NCBI GenBank assembly: GCA_963782525.1
Contig: CAWAKC010000001.1
Location: 64,001-128,000 of the forward strand
Length of the DNA: 64,000 bases
Direction: 5' to 3'
Origin: Candidatus Bathyarchaeota archaeon
GTDB taxonomy: Archaea > Thermoproteota > Bathyarchaeia > Bathyarchaeales > Bathycorpusculaceae
Every line of letters starts with the position of its first letter. The stretch's first letter is position 1. This document shows positions 39,402 through 50,036 of this stretch, one piece after another. A program made the translations under genes and the position numbers. Below the pieces are notes generated by a model. It was given only the letters and a program-made list of their open reading frames with translations. It did no database searches and had not been told where the DNA came from.

Positions 39402-41120
39402 TTAGATCATGTAGTCTTGACTTTCATTTTGTTTCTCCGCTCCATTGCCATCTACGTCGCCTTCAACTATTTCATCGACAATTTCCACCGATATGTAACC
39501 TCTCTTAAAAGCCACAACTGACAAAACAAACAACACAGCCACAACCGAAGCCGCTATCACTATTGTCTGCGTGGAAAACAGGTTGTCTTGTGTAGAGGTG
39601 AGTGTGGGAGGTGGGGTTTGTGAGGATGGTGAAGTTGCGGTTGGAGTCGGAGTTGTTGTAGGTGTTGGGCTTGTGTTTGGCGTGGAACTCGACGTAGGAG
39701 TTGGCGAAGGTGCAGAAGATTCATTTGTTGTTGTAACAGTGTACAAGCCTGAATCTGCCCAGACATTCAAAGAGTTATTAGCGTACTCCCGAAAACCAAC
39801 AACAGCCCCAACCTTATTGTTCAAGGTTAACGTGGCATTGCCCCAGCATGGAGTAGAAGAGAAAGCCACCCAAGACGCATTATCCCACTGCCCAGTATTA
39901 TTCGTACTAAAAACATAGCCACCTCTCGACAAACTATATGTATCAGTCCAAAGAGCAGAAAAAGTCATACTAGTGCCCGCAACAACTGAAGTCGATAGAA
40001 ATTTTAATGCAGAGGGTGGAGGAGTAGCTTGGTTCCAATCTAACTCTGCAGTTGAAGAAGCATCAAGAGTTAAAGTTATCGTGTTGTTTTGACTATTCCA
40101 AAAGCCTGATGTAAAAACTGGGCATCCCATATTAGTCCATAAATTAATAATGGCGGTGCTGTTTGAAGTGAAAGTCAAGCGATTATCTGTAAAGAAGTCG
40201 GTACAAGTTACTAATGTAGAATTGCCGCCGTCTACTGGGTTGTCGAGGTGAATTAACAAGGTATTGTTTGTGGCTGAATCGACATACCTGTAGTAATCGG
40301 TTAAAGAGATAGGATCAGGCTGTGTGTATAAGTCCATGAGTTCAGGGGCGATTAAACTACGATTATATATTCTTACATCATCGATTGAGCCGTCCAAAAA
40401 TAGAGACCTACCGCCATTCCTTGCACCGATTGTGATATTGTTATTGGTACCGTAAAGAGCTACACCACCAAATGATTGCTGACCCAAAAAAACGCCGTCC
40501 CAATAGCCTTTCAAATAACCAGTTGTACTATCATAAGTTAGCACGGCTAAATGGAATTTGCTGTCGTTGTAATCTGAGGGCAGGGCAAAAGTAAACGGGC
40601 TTTCCGCAGAAGAAGTTTTCCACCAACCGGTAAGTTTTGTTAAATTAGCAATCGATAGGAAAGAGTGATTATCTGTGAAACCTACTATAGTTTGCTGTGA
40701 ACTATTCGAACTTTTTAACCATGCTGAAATAGTGACAGCGTTTCCTGTAATATTAAGACCCTGTTCGCTGCCACATGCTACATAGCCAAATCCGGTAAAG
40801 CTTAGGCTATCTCCAAATTTTCCCGCAGCCCACACAGCGTTGTTTATCGTTCCATTAACCCTATTTCCGCTTCGGTCATTCACAGCTAAACCAGACCCTT
40901 CATCGAAATTCCAATATCCAGCCAAACTATTGTCATTAATAACTCCCAGATAGGGAGAACTAAGCAAGTGTACAGGATGATTGAAATTAAAATAAGCGGA
41001 ACTCTGGAAACTCCACTGGTCAGTTTGTTCATAGTCTATATCTGAGAGGGCAATTGGAATACTTAACAAAAACGAAATGAGTAAAAAACAGAGGAGCGCT
41101 TTTTTGATAATTACATTCAA
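39402..41120 (-). CDS. LamG-like jellyroll surface protein with PT stalk and TM anchor
   Basis: GYWNFDEGSG, TISAW, GSIDDVRIYNRSL; start uncertain (TTG 41120 preferred). Confidence 0.85.
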   Translation of the reverse strand: MNVIIKKALLCFLLISFLLSIPIALSDIDYEQTDQWSFQSSAYFNFNHPVHLLSSPYLGVINDNSLAGYWNFDEGSGLAVNDRSGNRVNGTINNAVWAAGKFGDSLSFTGFGYVACGSEQGLNITGNAVTISAWLKSSNSSQQTIVGFTDNHSFLSIANLTKLTGWWKTSSAESPFTFALPSDYNDSKFHLAVLTYDSTTGYLKGYWDGVFLGQQSFGGVALYGTNNNITIGARNGGRSLFLDGSIDDVRIYNRSLIAPELMDLYTQPDPISLTDYYRYVDSATNNTLLIHLDNPVDGGNSTLVTCTDFFTDNRLTFTSNSTAIINLWTNMGCPVFTSGFWNSQNNTITLTLDASSTAELDWNQATPPPSALKFLSTSVVAGTSMTFSALWTDTYSLSRGGYVFSTNNTGQWDNASWVAFSSTPCWGNATLTLNNKVGAVVGFREYANNSLNVWADSGLYTVTTTNESSAPSPTPTSSSTPNTSPTPTTTPTPTATSPSSQTPPPTLTSTQDNLFSTQTIVIAASVVAVLFVLSVVAFKRGYISVEIVDEIVEGDVDGNGAEKQNESQDYMI

Positions 41121-41238
41121 TCTATTGATGTTCGGAGTTCTATCATGATAATTCCTAACAAATAACTGCCTGGGTAAAAGGCAATTTTTAAAATCTATTC
41201 GGTAACTTAGTGCTCCTTTGTATTCTAGTAGCATTGGA

Positions 41239-42273
41239 TCAAACTTCTTTATCTTTTACCAAATTCGCCATAAATAGTGGAAAATAAGACATCATTTTAT
41301 TCAGAGCCTCTTTATCGCTCACGCGCCTTGCATATTTTTGAACACTATAACGTTTTATTAGAATACTCCGAATATTTTTTGAAACCCATCTGATTCCAGA
41401 GAAAAATCCTTTTACTGCTCCATCTCGACTTCTTTTGGGGAAAGACAGGTAGTAGATAAAATTCATTGTTAGCGCAGGAATAACATAAAAGAACACGTTG
41501 GGTAGCTGATAGTTCTTCAATATAGTAGCTAATAGGTTCTTCGTTTGGTGAAAATAGCGGATTTGGCAAGAGACCGAAGACATGGTAGAGCTTACCCTGT
41601 GAATCACAGTGGCTTTTGAAAAACAAAGAACATGATAACCATTCAACCAAACCTTCCAAGAAAGGTCAAGGTCCTCACATAGAAAGAAAAAGTCTGCATC
41701 AAACAACCCCGTGACGTCTATAACTGATTTTCTTACCAAAAGGGCAGCTCCTTTTCCGTATGAAATAATGAACAAATTATCAAATCTTTTTTCGTAAACT
41801 CTGTTCCGCCCTATGCTAAATCCCCAACCGGTACGGTCGACTATGTAACCAAGAGAATCAATCACCTGAGTTTTCTGAGAAAGAATCAACTTCGGTTGAA
41901 CAATGCCAACGGTTTGGCAGTTCTCCATTACTGTTACCAGCTGCTTAATGCAGTCTTTATCAACCAAAGTATCGTTGTTAAGAAGGAATAGATACTTGCC
42001 ACTTGAAAAGGTGGCTCCGATATTGTTCGCCTCAGCAAACCCTGAGTTATAACCAAGGGGTACCAATTTTAAATCAGTAACATTCGGTCGTTTGAATTTT
42101 GGAATGTCCTCTTCGCTTATGTCACCTGATCCGTTGTCAACTACAATGATTTCTAATAGTGGGTAATCGCTCAGCACTAAGCTTTCTAAACAATCTAGCA
42201 ATAGATTACGATTCTTATAAGTCACTATAATAACGGATACTATCGGCTGGGTATTGCTATTCATTTTTAACAC
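41239..42273 (-). CDS. Glycosyltransferase family 2
   Basis: VSVIIVTY, VVDNGS, LLNND, EDLDL. Confidence 0.92.
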   Translation of the reverse strand: MLKMNSNTQPIVSVIIVTYKNRNLLLDCLESLVLSDYPLLEIIVVDNGSGDISEEDIPKFKRPNVTDLKLVPLGYNSGFAEANNIGATFSSGKYLFLLNNDTLVDKDCIKQLVTVMENCQTVGIVQPKLILSQKTQVIDSLGYIVDRTGWGFSIGRNRVYEKRFDNLFIISYGKGAALLVRKSVIDVTGLFDADFFFLCEDLDLSWKVWLNGYHVLCFSKATVIHRVSSTMSSVSCQIRYFHQTKNLLATILKNYQLPNVFFYVIPALTMNFIYYLSFPKRSRDGAVKGFFSGIRWVSKNIRSILIKRYSVQKYARRVSDKEALNKMMSYFPLFMANLVKDKEV

Positions 42274-42814
42274 TTTTGATTTTACTTAAAAGTAAAAAAA
42301 GGACAAACAACCAGAAACCCGATAGAAGTAAAAGAAAAACTGTAGGGGTACTTACATATAGAAAAGGTAGTTGTCCAATAATGTAATAGCTATCGTAGTT
42401 AAGATTTTGGGAATTTTGTGTCCATAATTCAAATAATTTTATCAATGAGTCATTGAAAAAGAAGAAAGCGAAAACTAAACTTAACACGCATGCAAGGACT
42501 AGAGCTCCGAAAAGTAACTTGAAGTAGTTGTCAAGTCTAAAGTGAAGTTGTCTACGACCAAGCGATACTTGGATATGGCGCTTAGAGATAAACGATCGAT
42601 TTTTCAGGTTTTTCCTAGTGTAAGCCAATCCCACTGCACAAGCAATCGCTAAAACTATTTCTATATGGCTATCAGCTAAAGTTGTCATAGATGATGCAGA
42701 ACCGTTCGTCAACTGCAAGTCAATGCCCCAAAGGTGATTAAAGGAAATAGCTATCGTTATCACCAATAGGAGCCACAACCCCATTTCAGTTATTTCTTCT
42801 TTGTCCATTTTCAA
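42257..42814 (-). CDS. Hypothetical multi-TM membrane protein
   Basis: Four hydrophobic segments; overlaps both neighbours. Confidence 0.7.
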   Translation of the reverse strand: MKMDKEEITEMGLWLLLVITIAISFNHLWGIDLQLTNGSASSMTTLADSHIEIVLAIACAVGLAYTRKNLKNRSFISKRHIQVSLGRRQLHFRLDNYFKLLFGALVLACVLSLVFAFFFFNDSLIKLFELWTQNSQNLNYDSYYIIGQLPFLYVSTPTVFLLLLSGFWLFVLFLLLSKIKSVKNE

Positions 42815-44838
42815 GAGGAGCTACCGTTGGTCCATAATGGGGAGACATCGATGAGTAATAAACGAGGATTTTCAAAGTCCAAAACAAGTGAGGCTGAATA
42901 AAATGGATTGACTTGTATCTTTAAGTCGTCAAACCAGACGGCAAAGCTGTTTGAGCTTGCTAATTGTGAAGTTTCTAAAACAATACTTTTAACGGAGCTA
43001 ATATTGAAGCCTGAATTCTGAGAAGTGAAGTTGTTTACATCAATTATTAACGGATTTACCTCGTTATTGTCAACTTTTAAGTTCCACCAACGCTGATTCA
43101 TCTGGGTATCTCGCAAGCGAATTGTGATAGGGTTGGCCTGGGTCGAATTGTCTTTTATTGAGAAAGAGAAGGATGTGAACAACGAGAAATCAATAGGTTG
43201 ATTAAAATCAAATCTGGCACCAGCGGTGGAGTTGCCGATCTTGGAAATTGCTGTCATACATAATCCATCTTCATTTAGTGATATATTGACAAGAGGTACA
43301 CCTCGGTCTATTGCCCAACCGGCTAAGTTCGTGTTCGCTTGCAATATGGAGTAATTCATGTTTTGGATTTTTTCAGTGCCGACTAGAGTGGTGGGGTTAG
43401 TGTAAACTGAATGAAGGAAAAAATTGGCTGAAGCAGTTTGATCGATAATTAAATAATGCACTTTATAGAATTTTATGACATCGATTATTTGCGATAAGTT
43501 ATAATAGTCCATACTCATAACTGTGGGCCGATTTGTATAGAACGTAAAAAGGGGACTTCTAGCCATTATTACATTGGAAGAAGACGTATTAGCGTTTAGC
43601 CATGCATATGCTTGGTTATAATTAAAGACAGAACTCCTTCCAACGGAATCCATAGATACATTAGAAAAGATCGAATATTGGGGAATAAAGGAACAGAAAA
43701 TTATTGTGAGAAGTATGCAAATTGATGCAATGTGTACCGTTGGGGATTTCATTTTAATACCTAGAAAGGAGCGTTGACCAGATTTAACCTCGCCAATAAC
43801 ATAGCCGATGGCGAAGACGACTACGATCGGAATCAGCCAAACAGTATACCTTTGGTTAGGGCCAGCTTCTGCGAAAGAGTATAATAGAATTTGCAATGGT
43901 ACAACTAACCACACTAACGAGCGGCGGAAGAACAGAACGATTCCAGCAATACCTAAAACGAAAAGAATGGGATTTGACAAGTATAAGAGGTTGACACCGT
44001 CAGAGATGGCTGGCAGTATTGAGCCTACACTTGTTGTTGTTGCAGAGGTTATTCTTAGACCCAATGGGCTCCCTGATGCAGCATAATTCATAAAGACGCC
44101 TGGAGCGCAGATGGCTATCAGAACGATTGTGCCGCTTAGTAGCCAGAGAGCATTCCTTAGTGTTCTTCGTTTGAAAAACCCGTATAGAATGAGGGGAGCA
44201 ATACTCATTAGTACAATTAATCCGTCAAGCAACCGACTTTGTATTGCAAGACCTGTAAATAGACCTGCAAATACTAGGAAAACACCGCGCTTATCAGGAT
44301 TCTTTTGGTAAACGATGGCGGCTATTAGCGACAGCGGTCCGAATAGGCACATAAGTATGCTGTTGGATGGGGAAATGGCATAAAAAATTTGTAATGGAAA
44401 CATAGCAATAATTAAACCAGCCACTAAACCAGTTTTGTTATCGAAGATAACCTTTCCTAAAAAATATATAACTGGTACAGTGAGGCTGCCTATCATAATG
44501 TTAAGGAACTGTATGCTGGCGAAAGAAACTCCGAGAATCTTGAATTGCCCTGCAATTAGCAGTGTGTACAGTGGGGAGTTAAAATTGTAAGAATGGCTTG
44601 GTGTAAGAAAGCCTGAAGCAGTATGCATTACTTCCCATGGATAACTTAGGTAATCTGTGATCCATCCATGTTGATTAACGAAGTTTGCAGATAAGTTAGC
44701 GTAGATTGCCTCATCTGTGTTCACAAAATCTTGAATAATGAAGTGAGCAATCCATTGAACAAAAAAAGCGATAACAAATAAAAGTAGAACGTTTTTGCCA
44801 TCAGTTTTCGTCGCGCGAAAAACAGCTTTTAGATCCAA
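42811..44838 (-). CDS. GT-C fold (ArnT/PMT-like) glycosyltransferase with C-terminal soluble domain
   Basis: DEAIY motif after TM1, PLYTLL, multi-TM, AYAWLNANT. Confidence 0.82.
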   Translation of the reverse strand: MDLKAVFRATKTDGKNVLLLFVIAFFVQWIAHFIIQDFVNTDEAIYANLSANFVNQHGWITDYLSYPWEVMHTASGFLTPSHSYNFNSPLYTLLIAGQFKILGVSFASIQFLNIMIGSLTVPVIYFLGKVIFDNKTGLVAGLIIAMFPLQIFYAISPSNSILMCLFGPLSLIAAIVYQKNPDKRGVFLVFAGLFTGLAIQSRLLDGLIVLMSIAPLILYGFFKRRTLRNALWLLSGTIVLIAICAPGVFMNYAASGSPLGLRITSATTTSVGSILPAISDGVNLLYLSNPILFVLGIAGIVLFFRRSLVWLVVPLQILLYSFAEAGPNQRYTVWLIPIVVVFAIGYVIGEVKSGQRSFLGIKMKSPTVHIASICILLTIIFCSFIPQYSIFSNVSMDSVGRSSVFNYNQAYAWLNANTSSSNVIMARSPLFTFYTNRPTVMSMDYYNLSQIIDVIKFYKVHYLIIDQTASANFFLHSVYTNPTTLVGTEKIQNMNYSILQANTNLAGWAIDRGVPLVNISLNEDGLCMTAISKIGNSTAGARFDFNQPIDFSLFTSFSFSIKDNSTQANPITIRLRDTQMNQRWWNLKVDNNEVNPLIIDVNNFTSQNSGFNISSVKSIVLETSQLASSNSFAVWFDDLKIQVNPFYSASLVLDFENPRLLLIDVSPLWTNGSSS

Positions 44839-44839
44839 T

Positions 44840-45988
44840 TCAATCCCGCTGCTTCATTTGCCATTTAACATAGGGTCCTTTAAAGATATATCGTAGAATC
44901 CCTACAACTTCTAGCCCATAAAAGAAGGCTCGCCTAACTACTACCCTTGAGAACAAATTCTTGAGCAACAGATCTACCACAAAAAGTAGTATCACTAAAA
45001 CTGAAAAGATTTCGGTATAAACAATTGAAGTATTTAACACCCGTATAAGAAGCCATAAAGAGGTAACTAATAAGGTAAAGAAAGCGAATGGCTCAAAGAA
45101 GACTAATAATAAATACCTGAGTAATATAAACGCTTCAAAATGATTCTGCTTTCTTCTTAGCATTAAAGAGTAAAATTTTCTTAACCCGTGAACGCGCCCA
45201 GCGAAGGGGCGGATAACATGTTTTATATAATCTTTTGTAAAGGTAGGAGGTGAAGAACCTTTCGCTTGAACAGTATCGAGGACTTTGACTCTATACCCTT
45301 GTTTGATTACTCTAAGACCTGTATCGAGATCAGTGCTAGATGACTCTGTAAAATCATCAATTAGGGACTTGCGTAGACATGCAAATGGTCCAGCGGGATG
45401 ACTAGCAGTTCTAATTCTGCTTTCCAAAACTCTAATATATTCACCTATTTGATGGAAAGCATTTGTTTCTTGACTCTTGCTCATAATTACCGCTGAAACG
45501 CAGCCCGTCGAAGGATTAAACAGTAATTCTTTTACGGACTCAACCAATGCTTCTTCGTTAAGAATTGTGTCTGCATCACTAATAGCAACTATGTCGCCTT
45601 TTGCAAGTTTAATTCCAGTCCTCAACGCAGCGGCTTTTCCCATTCTCTGATTTCTTATGTAAACAAGCCGTTTCTCTTCACTTTGCCAATGCTTTAGAAT
45701 CTCTGGCGTAGAATCAGTTGAACCATCATCGACAACCAAAACTTCCCATTCACCCGGATAAGCTAATTTAAACGTATTATCAAGCTTATTTACAATGGAT
45801 GTTTCCTCATTGAAAGCGGGAATAATGAATGACAAAAAAGGGAATTTATCGGGCAAAGCTGTGTTAGTTATAACTTTTTGTGACCTTGCAGCGGCAACTT
45901 TAAGAAAAAGAACATAGAAAGGTATTCCTGGGCAAAGTGTGACTAAGAAAAACAAACTCACAACCCACAAAACCAGTGCAATATCCAC
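44840..45988 (-). CDS. Glycosyltransferase family 2 (membrane-associated)
   Basis: IIPAFNEE, VDDGSTDST, GKAAAL, SDAD. Confidence 0.9.
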   Translation of the reverse strand: MDIALVLWVVSLFFLVTLCPGIPFYVLFLKVAAARSQKVITNTALPDKFPFLSFIIPAFNEETSIVNKLDNTFKLAYPGEWEVLVVDDGSTDSTPEILKHWQSEEKRLVYIRNQRMGKAAALRTGIKLAKGDIVAISDADTILNEEALVESVKELLFNPSTGCVSAVIMSKSQETNAFHQIGEYIRVLESRIRTASHPAGPFACLRKSLIDDFTESSSTDLDTGLRVIKQGYRVKVLDTVQAKGSSPPTFTKDYIKHVIRPFAGRVHGLRKFYSLMLRRKQNHFEAFILLRYLLLVFFEPFAFFTLLVTSLWLLIRVLNTSIVYTEIFSVLVILLFVVDLLLKNLFSRVVVRRAFFYGLEVVGILRYIFKGPYVKWQMKQRD

Positions 45989-46061
45989 TACAAATCACTA
46001 CTTAAACTATTGTTAAATCTATTTAGAACCGTCAGACTATCTAACTCAAAAAAAAGGTTCA

Positions 46062-47099
46062 CTACTTAATCAGTGGCCTAAGCTTTTTTACAAGTGACAC
46101 AGTTGCTTTGTTAAAGATCTGAATGTAAGAGCTATTGTATAAGTGAACTTCTTGACTGAAAGTCTCAACAACTTCTCTATCAGAAATTGTTCTTTGACTT
46201 TGTAATAATCTTCTTTGTTTCAGGATATTATTTCTAAATTTAAAGATATCTGAATACATCAGCATTTTATTCGAGAGCCAACCGTTCCTAAGAGAATATC
46301 CAAGTACACTGAGTTCTACTATTGAGAGCAAAGGCATTAACACTAACAGGGTATTTGAGGAATAATTTTTCAGGAGGGTAATCAATCTATTGCGTTCGAC
46401 TAGGAAAAGTTTTTTCTTAGAGAATCGCCCCCAACTATTTCCCCATTTATGGTAGACCTTGGATGAAGGGACATAATAAGATTTTATTCCAAACATTTTT
46501 CCACGCCAACCCCAATCTGCATCCTCTCCAAACGCAAAATAATCAAGATCCAAAAAACCTATTTCATCAATTACCTTTCTAGAGGTCAAAACGCAAGCGC
46601 CACTTGCATATGCAATTTCTGTTAGCCCATCATATTTTCCATCATCTAATTCACCAAAGCCGTTCGAATAGCATATTCCAGACATACTGATTGCATTCCC
46701 GACTGTATCTATGGTTGTAGGGTTATCAAGCAATAATATTTTGGGTTGATAAAAACCGCGATCATTTTTGTTCGCTTCTTTCAGTAACTCGTCTAACCAA
46801 CAGGGATCAACTATGACATCATTATTCAATAAAACGATATAGTAGCCCTTTGCATGTTTCAAGCCCACAAAGTTACCAATAGAGAAACCTGTGTTCTTTC
46901 CAGTTGCAATGAATTCAATATTTTTGTATTGCTTGTATTTACTTTGCGCGATTTTAAAACTATTGTCAGTAGAACCATTATCAACGATTATTATCTGCAA
47001 TTGGGGGTAGTGAGAATTCATTATTGAAAGAATACAATCAATCAAAATTTCTCCACCATTATAGTTGAGAACAATAATGCTCACCAGAGGAAGGGACAT
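46062..47099 (-). CDS. Glycosyltransferase family 2
   Basis: VSIIVLNYNG, VDNGSTD, LLNND, EDADW. Confidence 0.92.
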   Translation of the reverse strand: MSLPLVSIIVLNYNGGEILIDCILSIMNSHYPQLQIIIVDNGSTDNSFKIAQSKYKQYKNIEFIATGKNTGFSIGNFVGLKHAKGYYIVLLNNDVIVDPCWLDELLKEANKNDRGFYQPKILLLDNPTTIDTVGNAISMSGICYSNGFGELDDGKYDGLTEIAYASGACVLTSRKVIDEIGFLDLDYFAFGEDADWGWRGKMFGIKSYYVPSSKVYHKWGNSWGRFSKKKLFLVERNRLITLLKNYSSNTLLVLMPLLSIVELSVLGYSLRNGWLSNKMLMYSDIFKFRNNILKQRRLLQSQRTISDREVVETFSQEVHLYNSSYIQIFNKATVSLVKKLRPLIK

Positions 47100-47192
47100 T
47101 TAAAACTTATACCTGATTAAGACAGTCAGTAGGTTCTGAATTATCACAAGAACAGAAATTTGTCAAACGTATCTGAGGCAATAAAGACAACA

Positions 47193-48155
47193 TTAGCGGG
47201 GGTTAACTCTTTTGGATAACCTAGTTATTGCGTATAGTGTTATCGCAGTTGAGATCATAAAGCAGCCTAGCAGTAAGAATCCTATTGATGCCAAAGCAAC
47301 GTTGGTTACTATTCTACCTAAATCGACGTATAAGTTCATTAGCCATACTCCAAACAAAGCACCCATGATCAAACATATTATGCCGGGTAATCCAAGAAAC
47401 ATTATGGGTTTATCTTCGACAACAAGTTTAACGATGGACATTATTAAGCCCAAGCCATGAGTTATTGGGTTTTCTGTTGAGGTGGAGATGTCGCCGGTTT
47501 CATATTTGCATGTGCCTGTTACTTCACTTATTCTTAAGTTGTGTTTGCTTGCATCTAGCAGTATTTGCACACTTGCACCCATACCCACTTCGGAGACATT
47601 GAGCCGTTCTAGGGCTTGGCGATTGTATGCTCTAAATCCGCTCTGTGAATCGCTGACACCCTTTCGGGATGAGTTATTAACAAGTTTTGTTATTACTTTG
47701 GCGCCTACTTTGCGGTAGAAAGGCATTTCGGCGGTACCTTTGTCATCTATAAATCTGCTGGCTATCACGACATCGGAATTGCCTTTTATGATTGGGTCGA
47801 TTACTTGGGGAATTTCAGTGGCTGTGTGTTGTCCATCGCCATCCAAAGTGACCAACACATCTGCACCAGACTCCAAAGCCCGTGAAAACAGGCTTTTTAT
47901 GGCGGCGCCGTACCCTGAATTTTCTTCGTGACGAATGACGTCAGCGCCTAAACGTTCGGCAATTTTTCCAGTTAAGTCGCTTGAACCGTCATCGCAAACG
48001 ATTACTGTGTCAGCATATTTTTGTGCTTCGATGATTATGCGTGCGATGGAGTGTTCTTCGTTAAAAGCTGGGATACCCACGGCGACAAAGGGTTTCTGCA
48101 TTTCAGAAGCTACAGCAGCCACGTAGATACTTTCGGGTTTTTCAACAAGAACCAA
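47193..48155 (-). CDS. GT2, dolichol-phosphate glycosyltransferase-like
   Basis: IPAFNEE, DDGSSD, LDGDGQH, DSQSGFRAY; two C-terminal TMs. Confidence 0.9.
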   Translation of the reverse strand: MVLVEKPESIYVAAVASEMQKPFVAVGIPAFNEEHSIARIIIEAQKYADTVIVCDDGSSDLTGKIAERLGADVIRHEENSGYGAAIKSLFSRALESGADVLVTLDGDGQHTATEIPQVIDPIIKGNSDVVIASRFIDDKGTAEMPFYRKVGAKVITKLVNNSSRKGVSDSQSGFRAYNRQALERLNVSEVGMGASVQILLDASKHNLRISEVTGTCKYETGDISTSTENPITHGLGLIMSIVKLVVEDKPIMFLGLPGIICLIMGALFGVWLMNLYVDLGRIVTNVALASIGFLLLGCFMISTAITLYAITRLSKRVNPR

Positions 48156-48157
48156 AC

Positions 48158-48553
48158 CTAATTGCCTCCAACCGTTGTAAAATTAAGAGACAAAAACCTA
48201 GCAAACTCGCGGTCTGTGGCCCAAGATGAAGCTAAACAATTTCCCCATCTAACAGCTATTTCACTAATTTTTTGGGCTAACGCCAATCCAACAGTTCTCA
48301 CCAAATGCTCAGCCTTGCTTTCCATTGATATTTGCAGCTTTACAATTATGGCCGTCACTACCTGAGCCAGCTTTGTGCTTTTGATGTTGTCTACGTATCT
48401 TATGGTGAGGTCTATTATACCGCGTTCAACCCGACTTAGAGTTCTAAACCAGTGGCCATGTCTAAGAGCAAGTTTCTTGGTTTTAGCAAGCTCCTGAATA
48501 GAAGCTAAGCGACCAATGCTCCTCTTCGTAGATAGCCAACCTTCCTTTCTCAT
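48158..48553 (-). CDS. Basic hypothetical protein
   Basis: 131-aa ORF ending 2 bp upstream of the GT2 gene start. Confidence 0.65.
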   Translation of the reverse strand: MRKEGWLSTKRSIGRLASIQELAKTKKLALRHGHWFRTLSRVERGIIDLTIRYVDNIKSTKLAQVVTAIIVKLQISMESKAEHLVRTVGLALAQKISEIAVRWGNCLASSWATDREFARFLSLNFTTVGGN

Positions 48554-48707
48554 AGCTCAACTGTTGCGAATTAATGATATAAGGGATTTATGAATTACAA
48601 ATAAGTAACATCTAAAAGTTATCCACTACAATTTGTTTGAAAAAAGTTAAAAAATAAGTACAGAAATGAATTTAAAAAAATAAAATCATTACAGAAATTT
48701 ACATATC

Positions 48708-48925
48708 TTAGTGGAATTTTATGACTTCGGGATCTCGAAAATAGACCATGAGGAATAAAGATGCTAACACCACTTTTTTTAAAGAGAAAACTGTTACTAC
48801 CCAAGCCACCAATGTTAACGAGTATCGGAAACTTTGGCACCGCCTCCGGCAAGGATCATCCATACGGTCTGAGTAATGGTCGACTTTTAGCAACAGCATC
48901 CACAGTCGAAGATAACCGAACTAAG
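48708..48925 (-). pseudogene. Decayed copy of the 3' part of the 49292-49924 gene
   Basis: TTTTAGCAACAGCATCCAC, AGTAATGGTC and AAGGATCATCCA shared with 49443-49498; frameshifted. Confidence 0.65.
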
Positions 48926-49291
48926 GTTGAGGATTAACTTATATCAAAAAAGCATTTTTAGAGAATAGTTAGAGACACAGCCAATAAAAAGAAAACAGTA
49001 TTGAAACTTCAGGATATCGCCCGAAAGACAGAATTTACAACTTTAATAGAAATGAAAATGCTTAAAAACAATCAATAAATTAAAAAATTTCTCTTTAGTT
49101 CATCCCCTGATGCATTATCCAGCCTCACTCAATTAAGAGGACAGAACATAATTTTTAGGCCATTTATTTTTGACCTTTTTGATAATCTCTTAAACGACCA
49201 CTATCCTTAATCGCGCTACCCAATTTTCAGATCGAACAATAAGCCAAGTAATCAATTTTTTTAATAAAGAAAAGAGAGGGGGTTATCGCAT

Positions 49292-49924
49292 TTACCTTTC
49301 TACGCGAAACAAGGGATTGCGACGTTTTATCAATAATACTGCAGCAAGCACAACGATTATTACGACAGAAATGGTTACTGCCCAAGTCCAAACTGGAATA
49401 GATGATGTTGGTGCTACTTCAGTTGTGCCGCCTATCGCAAACAAAGGATCATCCACACTATTCAAAGTAATGGTCAACGTTTTAGCAACAGCATCCACCG
49501 TTGTGGCCAACGCAACATAACTATCGGTAGCAGGCAAGTACTTGTAAACAGTGTAGGGTGCTTTGACATTTTGAACATCGCTATCAGAATAATTTATAGT
49601 AATTGTCGCCTGCGAGAAATCTTTGGCAGCCATGTCAAAAGTCACAACGACGAAATGATTCAAAGAGACACCACTTGGAATGTTAGCTGAAGGTTGAGGA
49701 TTACCATTGTAGACCGCAGCGGTCACAGAGCCCGTAGCGCCAGGTGTTCCCTGAACAACATACGTAATACCCACATCATTGTCACACGCGGTACATGTTC
49801 CATTAGAAGCAATAACTAAATTAGTCGTCTTCTGTGTAGTGTATTGTGCAGCAACTAAACCAGCTGACAAAGATATCATGAGCACAGCTATTATTGAGAG
49901 TACGCAAATTTTTGATTTATTCAC
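49292..49924 (-). CDS. Secreted, C-terminally anchored surface protein
   Basis: Signal peptide, ATITINYSDSD...VYKY...TTVD beta domain, TM + KRR. Confidence 0.8.
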   Translation of the reverse strand: MNKSKICVLSIIAVLMISLSAGLVAAQYTTQKTTNLVIASNGTCTACDNDVGITYVVQGTPGATGSVTAAVYNGNPQPSANIPSGVSLNHFVVVTFDMAAKDFSQATITINYSDSDVQNVKAPYTVYKYLPATDSYVALATTVDAVAKTLTITLNSVDDPLFAIGGTTEVAPTSSIPVWTWAVTISVVIIVVLAAVLLIKRRNPLFRVER

Positions 49925-50036
49925 ACTTATTCCTCTTTTGACAAGACGTATATCATAAGACGCCTTAAGAGCTTTATGAATTTAGAATAAATAAAAACAT
50001 TCAAAATTATTTTGTGTTATAATTCAAGTCAACTAG

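Noticed and set aside
39585-39735. Short ACT/CCA-like repeats
   Set aside because: They encode the Pro/Thr/Ser stalk of the LamG protein
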